DNA of 64,000 bases from Dehalococcoidia bacterium (GCA_965248595.1 CBDFJM010000007.1:383133-447132); one strand, 5' to 3'; numbered from the stretch's first letter, positions 44,147 to 53,786 are shown. Made by a program: numbers and translations. Notes: generated from the letters alone by a model not told the origin.

Positions 44147-45082
44147 ATGGTTGATTCAGGCATCCAACCCTCCCTGGACATTGACCCCTCTCTGCTTATT
44201 GATATAGAGAAGCACGCCGTCAGCCTGGCTGCCGAAGCCGGAACTCTGCTGCTGGACTATTTTCAACGAAAGCTCCAGGTGGAGTTCAAGTCCAAGGGCC
44301 AACGAGACCCAGTTACCGAGGCGGACAAGAAGGCCGAAGAGATTATAGTCACAGGCATCCAAAGCCGCTTCCCACAGCACGGCATCCTGTCCGAGGAGAC
44401 ACCCGAAACCCAAGCCCCAGACAGCGATTTCCTCTGGGTGGTGGACCCTCTCGATGGCACCAACAATTTCATCAACCGATACCCATTCTTCGGCGTCTCC
44501 CTGGGCGTTCTCTACAAAGGGGTCCCCGTTGCAGGGGCGCTGTTCACGCCACCGCCTTTAGCTACGGAAGGACAGGTGCTCCACGCCCGGCTGGGAGGCG
44601 GCGCCTTCGCTGGAGATGTCCCCATTCGCGTATACGACGAAAAGGAACCTTCAACTCGCGGGCTTCTGGCGATGCCAGCCTTTGCCTGGAGACAGTTCCG
44701 CTGGAGGAGAGACCTGAGGCGGACGCAGGGGGACGTGCGCATCACAGGCAGCATTGCGTGTGAACTGGCTCTAGTCGCCTCCGGGGTGCTGCAATACGCT
44801 GCCTTCGTAGGCCCGAGGATATGGGATGTAGCCGCGGGCGTCATCATTGTCCGGGAGGCGGGAGGCGAGGTACTGGTGCACGGAAAGAACCGTAGGTGGG
44901 AACCCTTGCGGTCCTTCCTTGAACCTACCACCGGCCTTCCCGCGGATGGCGATCTCAGGAAGTGGCGCACCTGGCTGCTGACCGGCAACTCGACGGTGGT
45001 TGCCCAGGTGGGCACAGGTCTGAGGCCCCGCCGCAGGCCATGGCGATGGCTTCGGCGCCGGCTAACAAGACGGACAGGCTAG
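44147..45082 (+). CDS. Inositol monophosphatase / CysQ-family phosphatase
   Basis: Motifs ..GILSEE.., ..WVVDPLDGTNNF.. and ..WDVAAG.. are present. The Arg-rich C-terminal tail is unusual. Its stop overlaps the convergent SCO1664-like gene at a CTAG. Confidence 0.8.
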   Translation: MVDSGIQPSLDIDPSLLIDIEKHAVSLAAEAGTLLLDYFQRKLQVEFKSKGQRDPVTEADKKAEEIIVTGIQSRFPQHGILSEETPETQAPDSDFLWVVDPLDGTNNFINRYPFFGVSLGVLYKGVPVAGALFTPPPLATEGQVLHARLGGGAFAGDVPIRVYDEKEPSTRGLLAMPAFAWRQFRWRRDLRRTQGDVRITGSIACELALVASGVLQYAAFVGPRIWDVAAGVIIVREAGGEVLVHGKNRRWEPLRSFLEPTTGLPADGDLRKWRTWLLTGNSTVVAQVGTGLRPRRRPWRWLRRRLTRRTG

Positions 45083-45828
45083 AACAATGGCCAGGGCACA
45101 GACCGGCGCGGGCCAGGGAACGGAAAGCGGCCACTCCTAAGCAGAGCCCCCACTCGGCGACTGCAGGCTTCCACTTCGGAGGAGTCGAGCAGGGCAGCGA
45201 GCTGTTCGCCCAGGCCTCCGGGCTCTGGGAACCGTTCTATAAGATGGCTCAGGTCTCTCAGCACATGTTCAGGTACATGGTCCCCGGCGAAGTCCCAGAT
45301 CACGGTGCGCAGCCTTGGCTGGGTGTGGAATGTGATGCCGTGGTCTATGGCCCAGATACATCCTTCAAGACCCAGGAGACAGTGGCTAGCCTTGCGGTCA
45401 ACGTTGTTGGTGACAACATCAAAGGCACACAGTTCGAGCATCTCCTCGTGGTACGCATCACGCAGCGTAAAGTAGTTGGCCGCCGGGTCCGACTCCATGA
45501 AGAGCTGCACGGAACCTATGCCGTGGACACCCTCTCGGATGACGGTGGGCGGCACAAAACCCCAGCCCAATGCTTCGCTCACGAGGTAGGCAGCGCACTC
45601 CCTCTGATAGAGGGTGCCGGTGGGAAAGTCCCACAAAGGTGCCTCGCCTCTCTGAGGTTTATAAACCACCTGGCACTGGCCTTGGACGCCGTCGGAAACA
45701 GTCGCAAAGAACGTATAGTTGGAACCGATGGGCGCCAGGCGGTAGTCAGCCATCCTGCCATGTGCCAGCAGGTCCATCAACTCCGCTGGGAACTTTGGGC
45801 GTTGAACTCTTTGTGGCCTATGCTCCAC
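45079..45828 (-). CDS. SCO1664-family protein (PI3/4-kinase-like fold, function unknown)
   Basis: 249-aa ORF. ..VVYKPQRGEAPLWDFPTGTLYQRECAAYLVSEALGWGFVPPTVIREG..VTNNVDRKASHCL..IDHGITF.. matches my memory of the actinobacterial/Chloroflexi SCO1664 family (TIGR03843). It is paired with DUF3090. Confidence 0.6.
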   Translation of the reverse strand: MEHRPQRVQRPKFPAELMDLLAHGRMADYRLAPIGSNYTFFATVSDGVQGQCQVVYKPQRGEAPLWDFPTGTLYQRECAAYLVSEALGWGFVPPTVIREGVHGIGSVQLFMESDPAANYFTLRDAYHEEMLELCAFDVVTNNVDRKASHCLLGLEGCIWAIDHGITFHTQPRLRTVIWDFAGDHVPEHVLRDLSHLIERFPEPGGLGEQLAALLDSSEVEACSRRVGALLRSGRFPFPGPRRSVPWPLF

Positions 45829-45917
45829 TGGAAAGCCACCTTTGAACGACGGCTGTTGCTGAACGCCACATTAACGGAAGCCGTTGTTGAATATGGTGTA
45901 ACGGGGCAAGGAAGGCT

Positions 45918-46451
45918 TTAGGCTTCCGGCATCTTGTGGCCGTTGTGCCTGGGACATACGTGGGCTTCCGGCCCCATGGGAGCCCCGCAGAGAGGGCAGT
46001 TGGACCTCCCTGCCGCACATACGGCAAACGCCTCGTCTGCTAGAGAGTCTATCTGGTCACTGGTAGCCACGAGGCTTACCGATGGAATGGCATCGTCCTC
46101 AGTTTCAGTATCGTAGCCCAAGATGATAAACAGTGCCGTGCCTTCGTCATAGCCAATAGACATCCTGCCCACCTGAAACTCCATCGCGCTACTTCCCCCA
46201 GATGAAGGATCGCCCAGGATTTCAGGGTTAGCACTCCCTCTGGTGCCTGCCCTGCCTTGCTCCTCCACGGTGGCAATGATGCGCTTGATAGCGACGCCCA
46301 AGTTGAAGAGTTGCCCCTTTTCCAGCCATACAACAGCCGATCCACCATTGCGGGCCTCTACCGCAAGTCGAAAATGCCGCGACCCCGGCTGGCCAATGGC
46401 CTCGGCCTTCAGGCTGGAAACACGGCCCAACTCATGCTGCGCTTCAGTCAT
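45918..46451 (-). CDS. DUF3090-family protein with C-terminal zinc ribbon
   Basis: 177-aa ORF. ..LKAEAIGQPGSRHFRLAVEA..VWLEKGQL..L...I.. plus C-terminal ..CPLCGAPMGPEAHVCPRHNGH.. is the remembered DUF3090 (TIGR03847) pattern. It lies immediately upstream of the SCO1664-like gene. Confidence 0.6.
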   Translation of the reverse strand: MTEAQHELGRVSSLKAEAIGQPGSRHFRLAVEARNGGSAVVWLEKGQLFNLGVAIKRIIATVEEQGRAGTRGSANPEILGDPSSGGSSAMEFQVGRMSIGYDEGTALFIILGYDTETEDDAIPSVSLVATSDQIDSLADEAFAVCAAGRSNCPLCGAPMGPEAHVCPRHNGHKMPEA

Positions 46452-46758
46452 GGATGCTGTCCACGCGCTCCGGCACCGCCGTTCATCAGTGTAGACTCAC
46501 TGTAGAAGCGCCTGCTTGCTCTTGTCAAGGAGATGAATACATGGAGTAGCGAGCGACAGCGCATCCTGTAACCGTCCACCGCCAGGTAACGCCCCATGCC
46601 GCTCAACTCCATGGCCCAGTACCTTATCATGGCCTCTGTGGGACTGGGCTTCAACCTCCTAGGCGGCTCCCCACGTGCTATAATCCAGCCGTAAAGCCTG
46701 GCAACCCGCTTGCGGCCGGCCAGGAGCGCCTGATACCCGACACAGCAAGGAGGTGGTC

Positions 46759-47781
46759 ATGGTCACGGCGAAGGGATACCCCACAGAAGAGAAAGCCATG
46801 TACCTGGAGATGATGCGCCGCATGCTGCGCATCCGCTACTTCGACGAGGAGGCCGTCCAGATGGTGCAACGGGGCGAACTGGTCGGTGCGGTCCACTGCT
46901 ACATCGGTGAGGAAGCGGTGGCCGTCGGTGCCTGTGCCGCGCTGCGGGACGACGACTACATCACAGGGAACCACCGCTCCCACGGCCATCCTATCGCCAA
47001 GGGCGGCGATGTCCGCAGGGCCATGGCGGAGCTCTTTGGCAAACGGACCGGCTACTGTAAAGGCAAGGGCGGCTCCATGCACCTAGCCGACTTCAGCATC
47101 GGCATCCTGGGTGAGTCGGGCATCCTGGCCTCCGCAATGCCAGTGGCGGTGGGCGCCGCGCTGGCCTGCAAGCTCCACGGCGAGGACAAGGTGGTGATCC
47201 CATTCTTCGGAGACGGTGCCAGCAACGAGGGCGCTTGCCACGAGGCCATGAACCTGGCTAGCGTGTGGAAGCTCCCCGTGGTGTTCGTCTGCGAGAACAA
47301 CCAGTACGCCGTCACAACCCACTTCCATTCCACGGTTGCCGTGGAGAACATCTCCGACAGGGCCTCCGCATACAACATGCCTGGCGTAATGGTGGACGGG
47401 CAGGACGTGGTGGCCATGTATGAGGCGGTGCGCGAGGCGGTAGCCCGGGCCAGGGCCGGCTTGGGTCCCTCCCTCATCGAAGGGAAGACGTACCGGTACC
47501 AGGACCACTCCGAGGGCCTGTCGCGTGTCGTCAGGGGCCAGCCAGCCTACCGGAGCGAGGAGGAGGTGGCGTACTGGAGAAACAGAGACCCCCTTATCAT
47601 ACACAAGGAGCGCATCCTATCCCAGGGTATCGCCACCGACGCAGAAGTGGCCTTCATGGAGGAGGAGACCAGGGATCAGATTGCGGATGCTGTAAAGTTT
47701 GCCCGCGAAAGCCCCTACCCCGACCCAGAAGAGGTTTTTGACGACCTGTTCACCAACCCAATAGCCATTGACCGGGACTAG
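46759..47781 (+). CDS. acoA: TPP-dependent acetoin/pyruvate dehydrogenase E1 alpha subunit
   Basis: The ATG at 46759 is preceded by AAGGAGG. The TPP motif ..FFGDGASNEGACHEAMNLASVWKLPVVFVCENNQYAV.. is present. It is a paralog of, not a duplicate of, 1479-2525. Confidence 0.85.
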   Translation: MVTAKGYPTEEKAMYLEMMRRMLRIRYFDEEAVQMVQRGELVGAVHCYIGEEAVAVGACAALRDDDYITGNHRSHGHPIAKGGDVRRAMAELFGKRTGYCKGKGGSMHLADFSIGILGESGILASAMPVAVGAALACKLHGEDKVVIPFFGDGASNEGACHEAMNLASVWKLPVVFVCENNQYAVTTHFHSTVAVENISDRASAYNMPGVMVDGQDVVAMYEAVREAVARARAGLGPSLIEGKTYRYQDHSEGLSRVVRGQPAYRSEEEVAYWRNRDPLIIHKERILSQGIATDAEVAFMEEETRDQIADAVKFARESPYPDPEEVFDDLFTNPIAIDRD

Positions 47782-47819
47782 TCGCCAAGGCCGCTAGCGA
47801 ATAGCTAAGGGAGGACACC

Positions 47820-48786
47820 ATGGCAGAGGTGACATATGCCGAAGCGTTGAATCAGGCCATAGAAAGAGGAGATGCGCCGTGACCCATCCATCTTCGTGAT
47901 GGGGGAAAGCATACGGCTGGGGGTATACGGCGTCACGGGAGGGCTGTGGCAGGAGTTCGGGGACAACCGCGTGCTGGACACCCCCCTATCCGAGACCGGA
48001 TTCATGGGAGCAGCCGTAGGAGCCGCAGCAGTGGGGATGCGCCCCATCGTGGGGTCCCTCAGCGCATTCATGTGGGTGGCCATGGACCAGTTCGTGAACC
48101 AGGTAGCCAAGATGAAGTATATGTTCGGTGGACAAGCAACTTTGCCCATCGTGTACCGCGTGGGGATGACCTATGGCAACAACATCGCAGCGCACCACAC
48201 CGACCGGCCTCACTCCATGTATATGAATATGCCTGGATTCAAGATAGTGATGCCCACCACGCCCTACGATGCCAAAGGGATGTTCAAGACAGCCGTGCGA
48301 GAAGACGACCCCGTCCTTTTCTTCGAGGACAACAACCTGATGGGCCTGCGTGGGGAAGTACCCGATGGCGAGTACACCATCCCCTTCGGCGTGGCCGACA
48401 TCAAGCGGCAAGGCACCGACGTTTCCATCGTGGCCCTGGGGGGCATGGTGCCGCGCGCCCTAGCAGCAGCTGAGCGGCTCTCCCAGGATGGCGTGTCAGC
48501 AGAGGTAATAGACCCCCGCTCGCTAGTGCCCCTGGACAAGCAGACAATACTGGACTCGGTGGCAAAGACTGGCCGGCTGGTGGTGGTAGACCCGGCCCAC
48601 AAGACGTGCAGCGCCGCCAGCGAGATCTGCTCCATGGTGGCGCAGGAGGGGTTCTGGACGCTTCAGGCCCCGGTGCAGCGTGTGTGCAGCCTTATGGTGC
48701 ACTTCCCCTTCAGCCCCGCGCTGGAGAAGCTGGTCTTCCCCAACGAGGAGAAGATCATCGCCGCCGTGAAAAAGACGTTGGATTAG
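47820..48786 (+). pseudogene. acoB: E1 beta subunit with an apparent +1 frameshift (extra A in run 47863-47865), or an indel error
   Basis: The ATG at 47820 (SD gggagga) gives MAEVTYAEALNQAIERGDAP*, stopping at 47880-47882. The long ORF from 47872 reads MRRDPSIFVMGESIR... Removing one A gives ..ALNQAIEEEMRRDPSIFVMGE.., the canonical E1 beta N-terminus, in 966 nt (322 codons). Confidence 0.6.
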
Positions 48787-48859
48787 GGAAGTTGGTTATC
48801 CAGGCGCACCTAACCCATATCTGCGAATCTTGAGGAACACTTATTAGAGGCGGCAAGAT

Positions 48860-49120
48860 ATGAAAGTCGAAATGTCTATTGAGAAAAGGGAGATTCGCGG
48901 TTCCAATGCCATAGAATTCGAAATCTTCGATATGGCAAACAACAGCAAGAACATCGGAACATTGATTATTGGAAAAGGTGGCACACGATGGAGGGAGCCA
49001 AGACAGCCTAATACGGGCGCACATGTGAAGGCAAAGTCGTGGCGAGAAGCAAGAGAGTGGCTTCTAAAACATGGTCGCACCGTTGGGCCTGTAGGGCGGC
49101 CGCCTCGGAGAATCCCCTGA
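48860..49120 (+). CDS. Orphan hypothetical ORF in an AT-rich insert between E1 beta and E2
   Basis: 86-aa ORF MKVEMSIEKREIRGSNAIEFEIFDMANNSKNIGTLIIGKGGTRWREP... The 5' two-thirds are conspicuously AT-rich relative to the flanks, and I recognise no family. Confidence 0.35.
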   Translation: MKVEMSIEKREIRGSNAIEFEIFDMANNSKNIGTLIIGKGGTRWREPRQPNTGAHVKAKSWREAREWLLKHGRTVGPVGRPPRRIP

Positions 49121-49216
49121 AATGAGAGGAACTCGACAGCCCACTTGAAGAGTGGACTGTCTGGGAGACTGGCACTACTCTATACTGCATCCACTAGGAA
49201 GGTGATAATCCTCACC

Positions 49217-50386
49217 ATGCCAACAGACGTAATCCTGCCCCAGTGGGGCATGAACATGCAGGAGGGCACCCTGGTCAAGTGGCTGAAACGGGAGGGTGAC
49301 CCGGTAGCCCAGGGCGAGCCTCTGGTGGAGGTGGAAACAGCCAAGCTCAACTCTGAGCTGGAGTCTCCCTCCGCCGGCGTCGTGGCGCACATACTGGCAA
49401 CTGAAGGTAGCACCGTTCCGGTAGGCTCCGTGGTGGCGGTCATCGCTGCGCCTGGCGAGCAGGTTGCACGGCCAGCGCCCGCAGCCCCATCAACGCCCAC
49501 CAGCGCGGCACCCAGCGCCGTTGCCCCCACCACCCCACTACACCCCGCTGCGGCAGGGGCACCAAGCCAGGTAGTGCCTGCGGCGCGCCGCCTGGCGCAG
49601 CAGCACAGCGTGGACCTGGCCATTGTCCAGGGCACAGGCCCAGGAGGCAGAATAATAGAGGCCGACGTCCAGCGGGCTTTGGACGCCCACGCCAGGCCCG
49701 CTTCTGGCGTGACGCCGCTGACAGGAGTGCGCAAGGCCATCGCTGAGCGGATGCTGCAGAGCATTCAGACCATGGCTCAGGTTACGCTCACCACCGAGGC
49801 CGATGTCACCGATATGGTAGCCCTGCGCAAGGAGTTGCTGGGGTTATGGCGACCCCACCGCCTGCGCCCCATGGATCAGGACCTTGTGGTCAAGGCCGTG
49901 GCTCGCGCCCTGGCCGACCATCCCAGCGTCAACGCCGTCCTGGACAATCAGGGACTCCGGCAGATGGAAGATGTGAACGTGGGCATAGCCCTGGCGCTGT
50001 CTGAAGGCCTCATCGTAGGGGTCGTTCACAACGCCAATAACAAAACCCTGCTGGCCATTGCTCAGGAGGTGCGGGAGCTGGCAGCCAAGGCCCAAGACAG
50101 CAAGTTTTCCCCGGAGGACGTGACTGGGGGCAGCTTCACCGTTACCTCCCTGGCCAGCTATGACATAGACGCCTTTACACCCATCATCAACCCGCCCGAG
50201 GTGGCCATCCTGGGGGTTGGCCGGGTTGTGGAGAAGCCGGCCATCCACAACGGGGAGATTGCCAGCCGCTCCATGATGTTCCTCAGCCTCACCTTCGACC
50301 ACAGGGCACTGGACGGGGCACCCGCGGCCCAGTTCCTCCAGACGGTGAAACGGTACCTGGAAGAGCCCCGGTGGATGACAGCTTGA
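49217..50386 (+). CDS. acoC: Dihydrolipoamide acetyltransferase (E2) of the acetoin/pyruvate dehydrogenase-type complex
   Basis: The start is at ATG 49217 (MPTDVILPQWGMNMQEGTLVKWLK..). It has a lipoyl domain (..VETAKLN..), an E3-binding domain (..PAARRLAQQHSVDLAIVQGTGPGGRI..) and the catalytic ..DHRALDG... Confidence 0.85.
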   Translation: MPTDVILPQWGMNMQEGTLVKWLKREGDPVAQGEPLVEVETAKLNSELESPSAGVVAHILATEGSTVPVGSVVAVIAAPGEQVARPAPAAPSTPTSAAPSAVAPTTPLHPAAAGAPSQVVPAARRLAQQHSVDLAIVQGTGPGGRIIEADVQRALDAHARPASGVTPLTGVRKAIAERMLQSIQTMAQVTLTTEADVTDMVALRKELLGLWRPHRLRPMDQDLVVKAVARALADHPSVNAVLDNQGLRQMEDVNVGIALALSEGLIVGVVHNANNKTLLAIAQEVRELAAKAQDSKFSPEDVTGGSFTVTSLASYDIDAFTPIINPPEVAILGVGRVVEKPAIHNGEIASRSMMFLSLTFDHRALDGAPAAQFLQTVKRYLEEPRWMTA

Positions 50387-50408
50387 TGGTGGCTATGGAG
50401 GCCACGCT

Positions 50409-51404
50409 TTGAGCCTGGTGGGCATCATAGCCAACCCTTCCGCCGGCAAGGACATCCGCCGCCTGGTGGCCCACGGTCGCCTGGTGCCCAACCACGAAAA
50501 GGTCAATGTTATCCGCCGCGTCCTGCTAGCCCTGGATGTGGTGGGGGTGAGCCGTGTCGTCATCATGCCTGACACCTCGGCCCTGGGTTCCCAGGCCCTG
50601 GAAGAAGCCCCGCTTGGAATGGCGGCGGATATACTGGACATGCCGGTTTTCGGCGATGAGAACGACTCCACGCACGCCGCCGAGCTAATGGTGCAGATGG
50701 GGGCTGGATGCCTGGTGACCCTGGGTGGCGACGGCACCAACAGGGTTGTATCCAAAGGCTCCGGCCAGGTGCCCCTTGTCCCCATCTCCACGGGCACCAA
50801 CAACGTCTTCCCCGCCATGGTGGAGGGCACCACTGCCGGTCTGGCAGCGGGACTGGTAGCTATGGGCCAAGTGGACCTGGCGAAGGTCTCAATAACCTGC
50901 AAGCGGCTGGAGGTGTACGTAGACGGAGAGCTCAAAGATATAGCCCTCATTGACCTAGCCGTTTCCAAAGAGCGCGCCGTTGCGGCCCGGGCTATCTGGA
51001 ATCTTGACACCATCCATGAGGTTTTCCTTTGCCGCGCCGAGCCTTCCAGCATTGGCCTGTCCTCAATCGGTGCATGGCTCCACCCAGTGTCCGCAGATGA
51101 CCGGTCGGGGATATACCTTCGCCTTGGCCCGGGAGGCACCACGGTGTTGGCAGCCGTAGCACCAGGCATGGTGCAACCGGTGCCCATCGCCGACTGGCGG
51201 GTATTGAGCATCGGCGAGCGGGTGGAAGTTGTACGCAAACCGAGTACCATAGCGCTGGACGGGGAGCGGCAGTTCACTGTGCAGCCTATCCAAGAGGTAG
51301 AGGTGGCCGTAAGCGACAGAGGGCCTCTCGTAGTAGCCATAGACGCGGCTCTCATGGAGGCGGCTCGTCTGGGCGTCTTTGTAGACTCCCGCTGGAATGC
51401 CTGA
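50409..51404 (+). CDS. ATP-NAD kinase-fold protein (AcoX-like)
   Basis: 331-aa ORF. ..VGIIANPSAGKD.. and ..LVTLGGDGTNRVV.. NAD-kinase/diacylglycerol-kinase-type motifs are present. Its position after the E2 gene mirrors acoX in aco operons. Confidence 0.65.
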   Translation: MSLVGIIANPSAGKDIRRLVAHGRLVPNHEKVNVIRRVLLALDVVGVSRVVIMPDTSALGSQALEEAPLGMAADILDMPVFGDENDSTHAAELMVQMGAGCLVTLGGDGTNRVVSKGSGQVPLVPISTGTNNVFPAMVEGTTAGLAAGLVAMGQVDLAKVSITCKRLEVYVDGELKDIALIDLAVSKERAVAARAIWNLDTIHEVFLCRAEPSSIGLSSIGAWLHPVSADDRSGIYLRLGPGGTTVLAAVAPGMVQPVPIADWRVLSIGERVEVVRKPSTIALDGERQFTVQPIQEVEVAVSDRGPLVVAIDAALMEAARLGVFVDSRWNA

Positions 51405-51483
51405 GACAGCAAGTAGCTTGTTCCGGTATAATCTGGTGATAGCTGCCGCAACGATACTGTTTTTCAGATATAATTCATTGTGC

Positions 51484-51560
51484 GCGCCCGTAGCTCAGCG
51501 GAACAGAGCATCGGTCTTCGGAACCGAGGGTCGTGGGTTCGAATCCCACCGGGCGTACCA
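51484..51560 (+). tRNA. tRNA-Arg (anticodon TCG)
   Basis: Hand-folded 77-nt cloverleaf. Acceptor gcgcccg/cgggcgt (G1-U72), D arm gctc-agcggaaca-gagc, anticodon arm tcggt-cTTCGga-accga (U33, anticodon UCG), T arm gtggg-ttcgaat-cccac, with an encoded CCA. Confidence 0.9.
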
Positions 51561-52410
51561 TAAACAGAAGCAATAAGGCAGACTAGCCTTTGTTAAGATT
51601 GGTCCGCCGGTCATTCTGCTAACCATTTGCTAACCAACGGCTGTGGGAGTGTCTACGAGAATGGGCTGCACCGCCTGGTCGAAGCCTAGGGCGGGCAGTC
51701 CGTTGCAACCCAGGAACGGCATGGGAATACCGGTCCAGGGTGATGGCGATGCTGGATAATACTTCAATTCGTGCGGCTTGGATAACACATCGGAAGAGGA
51801 GGACCTATGGAATGCCCAGTCTGTAATAACGAGCACACCACTAGACCTATCCAGTGTCTGCAGGCAGCTACTCTCGACCATGTGGGCCGATGTGGCATCA
51901 GCACCGAACATTCAGACGACTGTTTGCTCAAACGCCTGACTGTGTACGTTGATGGCAACCCCCAATGGAAGAAGCGGGCCAGGCCGACAAGCCCTTAAGG
52001 CCAGCCAAAACTACACACGGACTGCGCCTTCTTTACCCCACACCATGACGTCGTGCGTGCCCTGACTCAGCTAAGCCGGCTATTAGATGCCGTCCTGACT
52101 GGCGCCGAGACTCGCCTCCCCCACCGCCAACGCCGGTTGGGGTTCATCCGTCGCATCTGTCTCACCCCTGTGCAACGAAGGGAACTTCCATAGGAGCACT
52201 ATAAACAACGTGAACGCGAGTATTCCCATTAGCCCGAGCGCAAGGCGGACCCCTAAGAACTCGGCTCCCAGACCTAAGAGAAACATACCCAGTGGCCCAA
52301 CACCAATGGCAACCATGCGAATGCTCAGGACCCGTCCACGTATAGAGCTAGGCAGCGCAACTTGCATGATCGTCATGTTGCTTGTTAGCGAAACCTGCAT
52401 CACAAGTCCC

Positions 52411-52420
52411 AGAAACAGAG
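52411..52420. repeat. Target-site duplication of IS element 52421-53786 (left copy)
   Basis: agaaacagag is identical to 53787-53796. The true TSD is probably 8-9 bp of this. Confidence 0.7.
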
Positions 52421-53786
52421 GTATCTTCAAAAAGTGTGTAACCAGTCAGGCGGTGTACCCTCTCTCTGAACAAGACGGGCTCAAGGCCCAAGAGAGGAGA
52501 TAGACCGCCCATGAGGAAGGAAAGCACTGAGAGTAGGTCGGAGTCAAGGCCGGAGTGGGAGCAGTTGGAGGATTGGGTGCGAAGCCAGGTCCAGAGGCTG
52601 ATCCAGGAGTTGCTGGAGGAGGAGGTGACGGCGTTTCTGGGAAGGGCGAAGTCGGCGCTCAGATCCGACTCGGACAACGATACCGGCTATCGGAACGGAT
52701 ACGGCAGAGCCCGGAGGCTTACGCTGAGTTCGGGAACGATACAGCTGAGGCGGCCGCGAGTCCGCAACACCGAGGAGGAGTTCGAGAGCCGGCTGCTGCC
52801 GCTGTTCGTCAACAGGACCAGGAAGGTTGCTGAGCTGATCCCCGAGCTGTACCTGCACGGTCTATCCGAAGGCGACTTCGATCTGGCTTTGCGGGGGCTG
52901 CTGGGAGAGGACGCACCGGTATCGGCGAGCACGGTAGCCCGGTTGAAGGATAAGTGGAACGATGAGCTTGCCCAATGGCGCAGCCGGCCCCTCGATGACC
53001 TGGAAGTGGTCTACATGTGGGTGGATGGAGTCTACGTCAAGGCCGGTCTTGAGCGGGAGAAGGCGGCGATCCTGGTGGTGATGGCGGCCCTGAGCGACGG
53101 AAGGAAGGTGGTGGTGAGCGCGAGTCCCGGATACAGGGAGTCCACAGAGAACTGGTCCGAGGTGCTCAGGGACATCAAGCGCCGGGGCTTGAGCTGCCCG
53201 AGGCTGGTGGTTGGAGACGGACACCTGGGCATCTGGGGAGCTCTGCGCAACGTCTATCCGCAGGCAGCAGAGCAACGCTGCTGGAACCACAAGATCGTAA
53301 ACGTGCTCGCCAAGCTTCCAAAGCGACAACAGGACCAGGCAAAGCTCATGCTGCGTACTATCCCCTACGCGCCGACTCGGACAGAGGCTGAGCGGCTCAG
53401 GACGGTGTTCACCAGGTGGTGCGGCGACCATTCCTACGAGGCGGCCTCAGAGGCCTTGGAGCGGGACTGGGACCGCATGGTCACCTTCTATGACTTTCCA
53501 AAGGAGCACTGGGGGCACCTTCGCACGACGAACCCGGTGGAGTCACCCTTCGCGGCGCTCAGACTTCGGACCGATGCCGCCAAGCGCTACAAGAGGGTCG
53601 ATCGGGCGATAGCGGTGATCTGGAAAATGTTGATGGTCGCCGAACAGCGCTTCAGGCGTCTGAAGGCCCCTGAGTTGATCGAAGACGTCTATCTCGGTGC
53701 ACAGTATGCGGATGGAATCGCCATTGAATCAACGGCTGAGAAGGTCGCCGCCTGATGTCGTTTACACACCTATTGACGTAACCTCG
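52421..53786 (+). mobile_element. IS256-family insertion sequence (element 2, ~1366 bp)
   Basis: It carries a single Mutator-type transposase gene. The imperfect terminal inverted repeats are gtatcttcaaaaagtgtgtaacc on the left and gttacgtcaataggtgtgtaaac (reverse complement) on the right. It is flanked by the direct repeat agaaacagag and sits inside the MFS reading frame. Confidence 0.8.
52511..53755 (+). CDS. IS256-family (Mutator-type) transposase
   Basis: 414-aa ORF with DDE-region blocks ..YMWVDGVYVKAG.., ..LVVGDGHLGIWGAL.., ..QRCWNHKIVNVL.. and ..TTNPVESPFA... Its sequence is different from the 54753 transposase. Confidence 0.9.
   Translation: MRKESTESRSESRPEWEQLEDWVRSQVQRLIQELLEEEVTAFLGRAKSALRSDSDNDTGYRNGYGRARRLTLSSGTIQLRRPRVRNTEEEFESRLLPLFVNRTRKVAELIPELYLHGLSEGDFDLALRGLLGEDAPVSASTVARLKDKWNDELAQWRSRPLDDLEVVYMWVDGVYVKAGLEREKAAILVVMAALSDGRKVVVSASPGYRESTENWSEVLRDIKRRGLSCPRLVVGDGHLGIWGALRNVYPQAAEQRCWNHKIVNVLAKLPKRQQDQAKLMLRTIPYAPTRTEAERLRTVFTRWCGDHSYEAASEALERDWDRMVTFYDFPKEHWGHLRTTNPVESPFAALRLRTDAAKRYKRVDRAIAVIWKMLMVAEQRFRRLKAPELIEDVYLGAQYADGIAIESTAEKVAA

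Noticed and set aside
50393-51451. 352-aa reverse-strand ORF
   Set aside because: It is entirely antisense to the NAD-kinase-fold gene, whose motifs are clear. The composition is Ser/Thr/Arg/Pro-rich shadow-ORF-like.
51561-52082. Integrase or prophage remnant expected next to tRNA-Arg, together with small ORFs 51630-51911(-) and 51807-51998(+)
   Set aside because: There is no tyrosine- or serine-recombinase-like sequence. The 63-aa CPVC-containing ORF has a decent SD (gaggagga), but I cannot tie it to any family and it overlaps an opposite-strand ORF. I left it unannotated.
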